The notes: generated by a model from the sequence alone, not told the origin. DNA of 64,000 nucleotides from the human T2T-CHM13v2.0 reference genome, Homo sapiens (GCA_009914755.4 CP068257.2:34752001-34816000); one strand, 5' to 3'. Positions 15,780-31,126 are shown, counted from the stretch's first letter. A program made the numbers and translations.

Positions 15780-16410
15780 TTCGGTCGTGGGTCTGGCAGG
15801 CATAAATTCCGGCCGGGATTCCGACCCCAGGGCCAGAGCAGGACTCGCCTTGGCGTCTATGAGTGGGCGGGGCTTCCCTGGGGTACCGCCCACGTCGGGC
15901 GGGACCTGAGGGCCGCTGGAGGGGCGGGGCGTCTATGAGGTCCCGCCCATGCGGGGGCGGGGCCTGCGGCGCGCGGGAAGCGGCGCGCGCTGCGCGGGAG
16001 GTGACGGTGCCTCTGACTGTCCGGGTCCCTCCAGGTACGGCTTCCCTGGCCCGGGCAGCTCCGCGGCTCTTTTGGTCGCGTCGGTCCGGGCCAGAGGCCC
16101 TCGCCGAGGGCGGGCCCCTGGGCCCCGGGATAGCTCCGGAGCGGCGCGCGTTGGGGCGGCGGGGCCCCGTCCACCCCCGGCCCCGCGCGGCCTCCTCCCG
16201 GCGGCCTCAGTCCCAGCTTCCCGGGCCCAGCGCCCGGTCCCTGGGAAAGGCGGGGTTCTCCTCTCGCCCCGCCGCCCCGGTCCCCTACCCCGTTTGGCCC
16301 CCTCTTCCGGGAGGCTCCTCCCGGGGCGGGCCCCTCCCCGGGCTCTCAGGGCGCGCCCCTAGCCCCTACTAAGCGGGGACAGGCCGTGCAGACGGCCGGG
16401 GCCCCTAGGT
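15780..16410 (+). promoter_or_regulatory. CHAF1B: CpG island / TATA-less promoter of CHAF1B. It has multiple GC boxes in both orientations, E2F-like GCGGGAA motifs, and covers exon 1 and the start of intron 1.
   Basis: Very high GC and CpG density, unlike the flanking sequence. GGGCGG/CCGCCC motifs at 15865, 15888, 15897, 15921, 15942 and 15952. GCGCGGGAAG at 15971-15980. Exon-1 donor at 16035. Confidence 0.8.
15975..16034 (+). other. CHAF1B: CHAF1B non-coding exon 1 (5' UTR). The donor at 16035 (CCAG|GTACGG) is seen directly. The TSS position (~15975) is inferred, not visible in the sequence.
   Basis: A strong GTACGG donor lies inside the CpG island. It is spliced to an acceptor at 16669-16670 that brings in the ATG exon. 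There is no in-frame ATG upstream. Confidence 0.5.
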
Positions 16411-16670
16411 AGCCTTTACCTGGGTGTTTCGTTTTGCTTTTCTGGATGTAGCGGCGTATCATAAACTTGTGGATGTCAGGACCCAGCGAAGCATTTTAGG
16501 TGGAGCTAGCAAGGTGTTATTGTCAGATGGCAACGTTAACATCCTTTCCCAATGCAGTGTGCATTTTAAATGGCTCCTGGCCCCTATTCAGCGCTCAATA
16601 ACCCTTTGCTGCTGTTAACACTGTTGTTTAATCCATCACCAGCATTTTGCAGCTTTCTCCTGTCTTGAAG

Positions 16671-16845
16671 AAGTAGAACGGTGCCCGAGAAACGTTTTTC
16701 CCCTTCGAGACTCAGGAGGATGAAAGTCATCACTTGTGAAATAGCCTGGCACAACAAGGAGCCCGTGTACAGCCTGGACTTCCAGCATGGGACGGCTGGG
16801 AGGATCCACAGACTGGCGTCTGCCGGCGTGGACACCAATGTCAGG
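16671..16845 (+). CDS. CHAF1B: CHAF1B exon 2. 5' UTR 16671-16719. ATG at 16720. Encodes [42 protein letters not shown] (42 aa).
   Basis: Acceptor tgtcttgaAG at 16669-16670. Kozak context aggaggATGA with A at -3. Donor AGG|GTAAAC at 16846. Matches the known N-terminus of CAF-1 p60. Confidence 0.9.
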
Positions 16846-16924
16846 GTAAACTGGGGCAGAGATAGACATCCGGGAACACTGCTTGAAGCAATAGTTTTCA
16901 TTCTTTTACTTAAAACCAGTGTCG

Positions 16925-17180
16925 GCTGGGCGCGGTGGCTTACGCCTGTAATCCCAGTGCTTTGGGAGGCTGAGGTGAGAGGATCGCTTGAGTCCAGGAG
17001 TTCGACACCAGCCTGGGCAACAGCCAGACATGAAAAAGTAGCGGGACGTGGCAGTGTGCAGCTGTAGGCCCAGCTACTTGGGAAGTTGAAGTGAGAGGAT
17101 CGCTTGAGCCTAGGAGTTTGAAGCAAGCAACGATCACTCCACTGCACTCCAGCCTGGGTGACAGAGCCAGACCCTTCTCT
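16925..17180 (+). mobile_element. Alu (sense, older AluJ-like, divergent), in CHAF1B intron 2.
   Basis: GGCTGGGCGCGGTGGCTTACGCCTGTAATCCCAGTGCTTTGGGAGGCTGAGGTGAGAGGATCGCTTGAG... Confidence 0.85.
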
Positions 17181-17279
17181 TAAGTAAATGAATGAATGAA
17201 TTAACGTATGTCAACAAACTAAACTACTTTGTCATCTAGCCCAGAATGCTAAATTTCCAGGGCCTGCGGTGAACAATGA

Positions 17280-17609
<330 letters not shown>

Positions 17610-17805
17610 TGATTCATTTTCCCTAGATTATTGTAACTGGACGTTCATTGTTTTGGGATCCTGATCCTGGTTCCTACTGGGTAACAAGTTGCTCTAGAAA
17701 GAAGGCGGAGGGGGACAGTAGACATTTATGTTTTAGATAGGGAGTTCTTTGATTTTATGTTTCAAAAGAAAAACTAAGTTTTCTTTCTGAAAATAAGCAT
17801 AGTTT

Positions 17806-18105
17806 TGTTTTTTTTTTTTTTTTTTGAGACAGGGTCTTACTCTGTCGCCCAGGCTGGAGTGCAGTGGCCTGATCTTGGCTCAGTGCAGCCCCGACCCGGG
17901 GCTCAAGTGATCCTCCCTCTTAAGCCTCCCGCATAACTGGAACTACAGGCATGTGCCATCACACTTGGCTAATTTTTTAAATTTTCTGTAGAGACTAGGT
18001 CTCACTGTGTTTCCAGGCTGGTCTTGAACTCCTGGCCTCAAGTGATTTACCCACCTTGGCCTCCTAAACTGCTGGGATTACAGTTGTGAGCCACCACACC
18101 CAGCC
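17806..18105 (-). mobile_element. Alu (antisense), intron 2, ending ~78 bp before exon 3.
   Basis: Poly-T, GAGACAGGGTCTTACTCTGTCGCCCAGGCTGGAGTGCAGTGGCC. Confidence 0.9.
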
Positions 18106-18182
18106 CATAGTATTGTTTTAATACAGACAGTATAATATGTGCCCATTCTATGTTTTTCAAATGAATGTGTTGGTATTGACAG

Positions 18183-18315
18183 ATCTGGAAGGTAGAAAAG
18201 GGACCAGATGGAAAAGCCATCGTGGAATTTTTGTCCAATCTTGCTCGTCATACCAAAGCCGTCAATGTTGTGCGTTTTTCTCCAACTGGGGAAATTTTAG
18301 CATCGGGAGGAGATG
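18183..18315 (+). CDS. CHAF1B: CHAF1B exon 3 ([44 protein letters not shown] + 1 nt).
   Basis: Acceptor ttgacAG at 18181-18182. Donor ATG|GTGAGT at 18316. Frame continuous. Confidence 0.9.
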
Positions 18316-18405
18316 GTGAGTATTGCTGTCCTTCAGAGATTCTTCGGGAACCAGATAGATACCTGTGTGTCTTGTGTCAGATAGTGAGATTTGAGCTGGA
18401 TATGC

Positions 18406-18720
<315 letters not shown>

Positions 18721-19040
18721 TAGTTCAGGTGTGGCTGACCCTCTCAATCTGTCATTTAGGTAGTTCAGTAAAATACTGTTCTAGGGAATGTGGTAGAGTC
18801 AGGGAGGGAGGACAGCAAGATGAAACCAGGAACACCTGTTTGAAAACAGCTGCTTTCCCGCAAGCTCCCACCAGGCTGTTCTAAGACGAGATGGAAAGGC
18901 ACTTACCATTCTGTCACATCCCAAGCAAGGCGACTGTTCTGGTTTTGTTGGATTGTTAGTTTAACATCTGTGGTGATCAGAGTCAGTTCTGTGTCTCTGT
19001 GTAATTAATTAAATGGCTTTAGGACTGTGTTAGTAATTAA

Positions 19041-19361
<321 letters not shown>

Positions 19362-19906
19362 TGAATTCTAAACTGGGATATGAAAGAATTCAGCAATGGC
19401 AAAGTTCCTCATGGAGGTGTGCCATGCTCAGAAGTGCAGTGTGCCCTCCCACTGGCCCCTCTTCAGTGGGCCCTGAGTAGCTGCTCGTGTTTGATCTCCC
19501 TGTAAGAAAGGCAGTAGCTGAAAAGCACCTAAGCTGCCAACACTGTGGAAACCCCCGCAATGCTCCCTTTCTTCACAGTGACATACTTGTTGTAATACCC
19601 ATAGTAGCCTCTGAAACGCTCCAGCAGTGCCGGTCGGGGTAAGATCCCGCATCGGTACCCAGCTTGGCAGCTCCTCTGGTTTGACATCTGTGTGTTTTCT
19701 CCCATTCCCTGCTGTGACTGATGCTGCTTTGGAGTCCTGGTGTCTGCAGTGCCGGGCTGCTGGAGGGTGCTGGGGAGGGAGCATACCGGGAGTGTCATTA
19801 ATGAATGGCCTTGTGATTTGTGCTTGCTTGTTTGGTGGGAATAGATTGATTCTTGTTTTCTGCCTGTGCTTAAATGGGATAAAACTATATGGAAAAAGTA
19901 AACCAG

Positions 19907-20207
19907 GCTGGGCGCGGTCGCTCACACATGTTGTAATCCCAGCACTTTGGGAGACCGAGGCAGGTGGATCATTTGGGGTCAGGAGTTTGAGATCAGCCTG
20001 GCCAATATAGTGAGACCTCATCTCTACTAAAAATACAAAAATTAGCTGGGCATGGTGGTGCGCTCCTATAATCCTAGCTACTCAGGAGGCTGAGGTGGAG
20101 AATCGCTGTAACCTGGGAGGTGGAAGTTGCACTGAGCCAAGATTGGGCCATTGCACTCCAGCCTGGGCAACAGAGTGAGAGTCTGTCTCAAAAAAAAAAA
20201 AAAAAAG
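19907..20207 (+). mobile_element. Alu (sense), intron 3. TSD AAAAGTAAACC.
   Basis: GGCTGGGCGCGGTCGCTCACAC...poly(A). TSD copies flank at 19896-19906 and 20206-20216. Confidence 0.9.
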
Positions 20208-20326
20208 TAAACCTTTTTACCATACTTTAAAACAATCTAGAAACTATTACAAAATAAAACAGAAATAGGAGGAGGAAAAGAGACCTGGTTGAGTTCAGTG
20301 CCATGATACCCAGAGTGCATGAAGGG

Positions 20327-20375
<49 letters not shown>

Positions 20376-20384
20376 CGCGCACGC
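20327..20384. repeat. (GT)~20 followed by (GC)~7, an alternating purine-pyrimidine microsatellite.
   Basis: Direct reading: atgtgtgt...gtgcgcgcgcgcgcgcacgc. Confidence 0.95.
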
Positions 20385-20623
20385 TGATTTGTAGAGGGAA
20401 AGGTGGGGAGCAGGAGCGCCACCTGGGGGTGGCTACCTGCTGTCTGCCCTGAGGTTGCACATGGCAGCCCCCATTTTCCAAAGTCCCTTGGTCTTGGAGG
20501 CCCAGAAACCTGCTGTTGTCAGCACGTGGAGAGTGTTCATCCATCAGGGCCAATGGCATCTTAACCAAGCTCCCAGACTAATGTGTGCGAATAGGATTCC
20601 GGTTAACTTAGCATGGGAATGCA

Positions 20624-20943
<320 letters not shown>

Positions 20944-21132
20944 GAATGGGAATGCGTATGTCCTCACAACCTCATTCATTCACTGTCCTGCTGTGCACAT
21001 TCCTAAAAGGGAAGCTAAGGGATGGTCAGAAGGTTACGTGGTAATCGTAGAGTCAGAATGTGGGGAGTTATTGGACTTAGACAATGGGTGACCTCAGGCT
21101 AAAGTACCTGATATCTATAATGGTATTAATAG

Positions 21133-21533
<401 letters not shown>

Positions 21534-21910
21534 TATTATCCCCATTTACAGGTGAGGAAACTGAGACATCAAGATGCTAAGTGACTTGCTGAAGGTTTCT
21601 GAGCTAGGAACATTTGCCAACCCTTGCACTGGGGGTTCTTTGCTGTTTTGTTTTTCTATTCAGCTATTTATAGGTTATGCCTTCAGATTTATTAATGTAG
21701 CCAGTCATTTTGCAGTGGCATTTGCTGGCCTAGGGACCCTTCTGTTTAAGGTGATTTTGTATAGCTCTGATCTGTTATGAATTTGATTTTGGAGTTTTAG
21801 CTCAGAAGGCAATTTGCCTACTTTCCCTGTTGAAATGCTTGGAAGTAAATCATCCTGGCCATAGTGTCCACTGAACAACATAAATGTTGTTTTAATACCC
21901 TAAAAATCCT

Positions 21911-22057
21911 GACATGCAGCTAATTTTTTTGTATTTTTAGTAGAGACAGTTAGCCAGGATGGTCCTGGGAGGCAGAGGTTGCAGTGAGCCAAGATTGCGC
22001 CACTGCACTCCAGCCTGGGCGACAGGGTGAGACTCCGTCTCAAAAAAAAAAAAAAAA
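21911..22057. mobile_element. Alu fragments. An antisense left-arm piece is joined to a sense 3'-end piece with poly(A), ~70 bp upstream of exon 4.
   Basis: GCTAATTTTTTTGTATTTTTAGTAGAGACAG then GGGAGGCAGAGGTTGCAGTGAGCCAAGATTGCGCCACTGCACTCCAGCCTGGGCGACAGGGTGAGACTCCGTCTCAAAAAAA. Confidence 0.7.
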
Positions 22058-22128
22058 ATGAAAATAAAAATCCTAATATGAAGGAGTGTGGGTGAAGCGT
22101 GGATCACTGTTACTGAATCACCCTGCAG

Positions 22129-22246
22129 ATGCTGTCATCCTATTGTGGAAGGTGAATGATAACAAGGAGCCGGAGCAGATCGCTTTTCAGGATGAGGACG
22201 AGGCCCAGCTGAACAAGGAGAACTGGACGGTTGTGAAGACTCTGCG
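22129..22246 (+). CDS. CHAF1B: CHAF1B exon 4 ([39 protein letters not shown] + 2 nt).
   Basis: Acceptor ccctgcAG at 22127-22128. Donor CG|GTAACT at 22247. Confidence 0.9.
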
Positions 22247-22315
22247 GTAACTTGGGAGGGACCATGGCAGTGATCTCTGTTTACGATGAGTGCATTAAAT
22301 GGAATATACCTTTTG

Positions 22316-22482
22316 ACTTTTTTTTTCTTTTCTTTTGAGATAGGGTCTCATTGTCGCCCAGGCTGGAGTGCTGTACTGTGATCACAGTACCCTGCAGCCT
22401 TGACTTCCCGGGCTCAAGTGATCCTCTCACCTCCCAAATAGCTGGGACTACAGGTGCATGCTACCATGCCCTGCTGATTTTT

Positions 22483-22488
<6 letters not shown>
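22316..22488 (-). mobile_element. 5' portion, as read on the + strand, of an antisense Alu that was split by the SVA insertion. The remainder of this Alu is at 23847-23893.
   Basis: TTGAGATAGGGTCTCATTGTCGCCCAGGCTGGAGTGCTGTACTGTGATCAC...CTGCTGATTTTTAAATTT. It resumes after the SVA as CTGTGGAGACAGGGTCTCACTATGTTGCCCAGGCTGGTCT. Confidence 0.8.
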
Positions 22489-22519
<31 letters not shown>

Positions 22520-23834
22520 TATTTATTGATCATTCTTGGGTGTTTCTCGGAGAGGGGGATTTGGCAGGGTCATAGGACAATAGTGGAGGGAAGGTCAGCA
22601 GATAAACAAGTGAACAAGGGTCTCTGGTTTTCCTAGGCAGAGGACCCAGTGGCCTTCCGCAGTGTTTGTGTCCCTGGGTACTTGAGATTAGGGAGTGGTG
22701 ATGACTCTGAAGGAGCATGCTGCCTTCAAGCATCTGTTTAACAAAGCACATCTTGTACCGTCCTTAATCCATTTAACCCTGAGTTGACACAGCACATGTT
22801 TCAGAGAGCAGGGGGTTGGGGGTAAGGTTATAGATTAGCAGCATCCCAAGGCAGAAGAATTTTTCTTAGTACAGAACAAAATGGAGTGTCCTATGTCTAC
22901 CTCTTTCTACACAGACACAGCAACAATCTGATTTCTCTATCTTTTCCCCACATTTCCCCTTTTTCTATTCGACAAAACCGCCATCGTCATCATGGCCCGT
23001 TCTCAGTGAGCTGTTGGGTACACCTCCCAGACGGGGTGGCGGCCGGGTAGAGGGGCTCCTCACTTCCCAGACAGGGCGGCCGGGCAGAGGCGCCCCCCAC
23101 CTCCCGGACGGGGCAGCTGGCCGGGCGGGGGCTGCCCCCCACCTCCTGGACGGGGCAGCTGCCGGGCAGAGATGCTCCTCTCTTCCCAGACGGGGCGGCT
23201 GCTGGGCGGAGGGGCTCCTCTCTTCCCAGACGGGGCGGCTGCCGGGCGGAGGGGCTCCTCACTTCTCAGACGGGGCGGCCGGGCAGAGACGCTCCTCACC
23301 TCCCAGACAGGGCGGCGGGGCAGAGGCGCTCCCCACATCTCAGACGATGGGCGGCCGGGCAGAGACGCTACTCACTTCCTAGACGGGGTGGCGGCCGGGC
23401 AGAGGCTGCAATCTCAGCACTTTGGGAGGCCAAGGCAGGCGGCTGGGAGGTGGAGGTTGTAGCGAGCGGAGACCACGCCAGTGCCCTCCAGCCTGGGCAA
23501 CATTGAGCACTGAGTGAGTGAGACTCTGTCTGCAATCCCGGCACCTCGGGAGGCTGAGGCTGGCAGATCACTCGCGATTAGGAGCTGGAGACCAGCCCGG
23601 CCAACACAGCGAAACCCCATCTCCACCAAAAAAATACGAAAACCAGACAGGCGTGGCGGCGTGCGCCTGCAATCCCAGGCACTCGGCAGGCTGAGGCAGG
23701 AGAATCAGGCAGGGAGGTTGCAGTGAGCCGAGATGGCGGCAGTACCGTCCAGCCTCGGCTTGGCATCAGAGGGAGACTGTGGAGAGAGCGGGAGAGGGAG
23801 AGGGAGACGGTGGAGGGAGAGGGAGAGGGAGAGG
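22489..23834 (-). mobile_element. SVA retrotransposon (antisense to CHAF1B, intron 4), ~1.35 kb. Poly-T (rc of the poly-A tail) 22489-22517. SINE-R rc ~22518-23000. GC-rich VNTR 23000-23400. Alu-like region 23400-23760. (GGGAGA)n, the rc of the CCCTCT hexamer array, 23762-23834. Flanked by a perfect 12-bp TSD ATTTTTAAATTT at 22477-22488 and 23835-23846.
   Basis: All four canonical SVA modules are present in the reverse-complement order. The TSD was read directly. The host Alu is interrupted exactly at the TSD. Confidence 0.85.
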
Positions 23835-23969
23835 ATTTTTAAATTTCTGTGGAGACAGGGTCTCACTATGTTGCCCAGGCTGGTCTAATTTAGAAGTTTT
23901 ATTTATATGAAACAGTCCTAAGACAATAGTTTTAAAGGATGAAAGCATAATTAAAATGGATTTTCTTAG

Positions 23970-24364
<395 letters not shown>

Positions 24365-24483
24365 TAGCTATAGCTAATATAGTGCCAGTGGAAATTTTGG
24401 AATCTCATTTTAATGCGTAGTTCTGGAGATTGTCCTTATATTTTTGATAACTTGTCCGTTTTTGAGTTAATAATTGCTTTTTG

Positions 24484-25078
<595 letters not shown>

Positions 25079-25127
25079 CTATACCTGGGGAGTAATTGCT
25101 TTTTTCCTCTTTGTTTTTGGATTCTAG

Positions 25128-25231
25128 GGGCCACTTAGAAGATGTGTATGATATTTGCTGGGCAACTGATGGGAATTTAATGGCTTCTGCCTCTGTGGAT
25201 AACACAGCCATCATATGGGATGTCAGCAAAG
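25128..25231 (+). CDS. CHAF1B: CHAF1B exon 5 ([35 protein letters not shown] + 1 nt).
   Basis: Acceptor ggattctAG at 25126-25127. Donor AAAG|GTAAAT at 25232. Confidence 0.9.
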
Positions 25232-25300
25232 GTAAATGATATATTTTTGTTATTAGCAGGAAGAAATATTCTAAGCATCTATAAAAGCCTAAAAGTCTAA

Positions 25301-25612
<312 letters not shown>

Positions 25613-25629
25613 TAACTTACCTTAACTTT

Positions 25630-25928
25630 ATTTTTTATTTTTATTTTTTTGGAGACGGAGTTTCGCTCTTGTCCAGGTTGGAGTGCAATGTCACAATCTT
25701 AGCTCACTGAAATCTCCACCTCCCGGGTTCAAGCGATTCTCCTGCCTCAGCATCCTGAGTAGCTGGACTACAGGTGTCTGCCACCACACCTGGCTAATTT
25801 TTGTATCATTAACAGAGACGGGGTTTCACCGTTGGCCAGTCTGGTCTCTATCTCTTGACCTCAGGTGATCCACCCGCCTCGGCCTCCCAAAGTGCTGGGA
25901 TTACAGGCATGAGCCACCACACCCGGCC
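25630..25928 (-). mobile_element. Alu (antisense). The pair 25312-25928 is flanked by related copies of ACTTGCTTTAACTTT.
   Basis: (TTTTA)n T head, GGAGACGGAGTTTCGCTCTTGTCCAGGTTGGAGTGCAATGTCAC. Confidence 0.9.
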
Positions 25929-26585
25929 TACTTGCTTTAACTTTAAAAGCAACACAAAAAATTGTTTTAGTGAACTAAAGTAGGTGGTTGGCTCAACAGG
26001 ATAGGGGTTAGTCCCATATGCTATGGATTGTCAGAGGGTAAGAGGCTTAGCACTGGTGCTGCAAGTTACTGATGCTGAAGCCAGGCAAATCCCACATGGT
26101 GGGGCCAGCAGATAAGATGACAGGCCCGGGCCCTGCCTTTATGGAGGTTAGGATCTCGGGAAGATTAACAAGTCACTTATAATTTATAGGGCATTGCATG
26201 CTAGTTGATGGGGTAGGTGGGATCAGGTTTCCATTTTAGAAGATCAAGGAAAGCCAGGGACATTCTGTTCTCTAGTTGGGGAGACAGTGGACATGTGAAA
26301 AGTTATAGTGGTGTGAAAATAGCTGTGAAATGCCAAAAGCAAGTATGGCTAACTCCTAATCATTTTTATCCCCTGCCATCCTTTACTCAAACTTTGTTTT
26401 CTCCCAAACCTCTTCCTGCCAATTCTACAACTCAAGTACCTGGGTAGGGCAGTTGTTGTTGGCTGCCCCCGCAGCACTGTGTCAGCCCAGTTCTCATCCA
26501 GTCTATAAAAATTTTTGCTCTTTTTAGTACCATGCTGTCCAGCCAAGCCATCCTCCATCCTCCGTTCTGTCTTGTTTTGTGTGGT

Positions 26586-26880
26586 TTTTTTTTTTATTTT
26601 AGATGGAGTCTCCCTCAGTTCCCCAGGATGGAGTGCAGTGGTGCGATCTCAGCTCACTGCAACCTCTGCCTCCCGGGTTCAACAATTCTCCTGCCTCAGC
26701 CCTCAAGGTAGCTGGGATTACAGGCGCCCGCCACCACTCCCAGCTAATTTTTGTATTTTTAGTAGAGATGGGGTTTGCCCATGTTGGCCAGGCTGGTCCC
26801 AAACTCCTGACTTGAAGCGATCTGCCTGCGTCGGCCTCCCAAAGTGCTGGGATTACAGGCATGAGCCATTGCGACTGGCC
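26586..26880 (-). mobile_element. Alu (antisense), intron 5.
   Basis: TTTATTTTAGATGGAGTCTCCCTCAGTTCCCCAGGATGGAGTGCAGTGGTGCG...GCCATTGCGACTGGCC. Confidence 0.9.
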
Positions 26881-26971
26881 AGGATTTTAGGTTTTATCAT
26901 AAGTGTGATGGGTTGTTACTGAACCTCACCAAAAACCTCAAAAAAAAAAAAAAAAAAAAAAAAAGAATGAC

Positions 26972-27312
<341 letters not shown>

Positions 27313-27995
27313 CTAAATATTTTCCCCGAAGTCCCTTTTCCATCCCTGTTCGCATTGTCTGCTCTGGGCCCTCCTCATCTCTCTCCTGGTCTACTCGGTC
27401 ACCTCCTAACTAGCGACCCTCTTTGTCATCTTCTAAACCTGTTTCACCTTTAAAATGCAGACAGCTTCTCAGCTTGAATTCACAGCCTTTTCCTTACACA
27501 CAAGGTCTCTGTAATACTTCTCCTTTCCTCCTTATCTTCTGTTCTTGGCCCTCCTCTGTACCCATTAGCAGTTCTCAGCTACCTCTCCCTGCTCCATATT
27601 CACTTCGCTAAGCTGTTTTAACCCAGGGATTCCCTGACAATACCTTCTTCCACCCTTCATCCCCTCTTCATCCTGCCTGACCTGGGGAACTGAACTTAGA
27701 TCTTCTCAGACCCTCCGCCCTGTGCTGTCAGCTCCCCTCCCCCGGTCCACATGTGTGATCCTTGCTTGTTGATGGGTCTGTCTGATCTGTGGGCTCCCTG
27801 AGGGTGGGGACTGCATGAAGTCATCTTTGTGACCCCAGAGCCTGACACAGGGTTTTAGTGCAGAGTCTCTCACTTACTGCCTGCTGAGTGATGCGTGGTA
27901 AAGGGAATAATATTTAAGTCATAGTTTATACTATTTGGGCTCAAACAGGTTTTGGTAATGCTGTTTTGGTGCGTGTGTGTGTGTTTTTTTTGTAG

Positions 27996-28092
27996 GACAA
28001 AAGATATCAATTTTTAATGAACATAAAAGTTATGTCCAAGGAGTAACCTGGGACCCTTTGGGTCAATATGTTGCTACTCTGAGCTGTGACAG
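27996..28092 (+). CDS. CHAF1B: CHAF1B exon 6 ([32 protein letters not shown] + 2 nt).
   Basis: Acceptor ttttttgtAG at 27994-27995. Donor CAG|GTAAAT at 28093. Confidence 0.9.
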
Positions 28093-28300
28093 GTAAATTC
28101 AGCTTTGGCATTTACTTGGAATTTCTTTGTATTTACTTGGAATTTTCTGAAGAGAGGTATTTATCGTAACTTAGCCAAGATTTATCATAGTCTAACTTTG
28201 ATTCTTTTGTTCTTGTTTTCATACTCATTCTTACAACATAATCAGAAATTGGAAATTAATTAGGACAAGTGCCTTACACGAAGTTTGTACTTAGTAAATC

Positions 28301-28920
<620 letters not shown>

Positions 28921-28926
28921 CGGTGA

Positions 28927-29240
<314 letters not shown>

Positions 29241-29617
29241 CAGTTATTTTAATGACTCCATTTAAATGGATATAAAAATAAACTATTTTTGTCCTTTCTG
29301 AAAAGAAGTCTTGTTGTCGTGTTTACTGGCATAATTGCATTTAATTGTATTGTTGGAACAAAGAGTTAGAAAAAATGAGGAGTGCCTCCTATATTACTTA
29401 ATAGTCCTTTTGAATATTTATCTGACTACTTTTAAATAAAACAAATTGAATATAAGATGGCCTTGGAATAAAAGTGGTAGGGAGGAGTTAGTGTTTATTT
29501 TTCATAGAATCTTCTGTTGTATTCTAAATGCCATTTATTTTCTGACAAGTGTGTTTTATTCAGACAGTCATCAGTAAAACAATCTGATTAGCTAGTGGGA
29601 GTAATGTGACTTACCAA

Positions 29618-29917
<300 letters not shown>

Positions 29918-30101
29918 GTAATATCCTTTAGGTTGTTAATACTTGCTTCCTTCTTAATTACCCAGTTGTGAATATCATTGGTAAAAGCTTTTGCAGGCTG
30001 AAAACTGTTGCGGTGGTAATAGGCTGTTGGTAATAAGTTGTTTCTGTGTGAAGCATAATTCATTTACTAGAAGTGGTAAATCAGACATGTTCTTTCTTCA
30101 G

Positions 30102-30186
30102 GGTGCTGCGAGTATACAGTATACAGAAGAAGCGTGTGGCTTTCAATGTTTCGAAGATGCTGTCTGGAATAGGGGCTGAAGGAGAG
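30102..30186 (+). CDS. CHAF1B: CHAF1B exon 7 ([29 protein letters not shown]).
   Basis: Acceptor tctttcttcAG at 30100-30101. Donor GAG|GTATAA at 30187. Confidence 0.9.
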
Positions 30187-30449
30187 GTATAAAATATTTT
30201 GCCATTCTTTTTCAGCAGCGCTTTAACTGAGACTTAGGAAGTCATGAGCTCCTCCCATACCCTTGCAGCCAAATCACTGGCCACAAAGAGCCGATTCCAG
30301 AACTACAATAAGGCTTCCTTTTGGACAGTCAAGGCTCAGTTACTGTGGTGGGCTAGTCTGTATGGAAATGGGGACATCTGGAGACCAGGGTAGAGCCACT
30401 GATGGAGGACAGGACAGTGGTTTTCAACCCTGGTTGCACGGTGGAATCA

Positions 30450-31126
<677 letters not shown>

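Noticed and set aside
15801-15808. CATAAATT (TATA-like) at the 5' edge of the CpG island, as a possible TATA box.
   Set aside because: It lies ~230 bp upstream of the exon 1 donor with no matching initiator spacing. The promoter otherwise has the TATA-less, GC-box/E2F architecture typical of S-phase genes. Treated as chance.
15857-16372. Overlapping 105-169-aa ORFs on both strands (15857..16174 -, 15863..16372 +, 15949..16362 +) rich in R/P/G/A.
   Set aside because: They lie inside the CHAF1B CpG island, where extreme GC content removes stop codons in all frames. They are mutually overlapping and have a low-complexity composition. The real first coding ATG is in exon 2 (16720).
16424-16618. 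64-aa ORF immediately downstream of the CpG island (MFRFAFLDVAAYHKLVDV...).
   Set aside because: Lies in intron 1 between the exon 1 donor (16035) and exon 2 acceptor (16670). No support as an exon.
20227-20568. 113-aa minus-strand ORF containing HTHTHTHTHTHT.
   Set aside because: Translation of the (GT)n(GC)n microsatellite. Repeat artefact.
22990-23766. ORFs 22990..23262 (-), 23014..23382 (+), 23060..23338 (-), 23172..23462 (+) with repetitive PDGAAGRAGAAPHL / PRLGREEPLRPAA peptides.
   Set aside because: They are translations of the GC-rich SVA VNTR and the Alu-like domain. They are periodic because the DNA is tandemly repeated.
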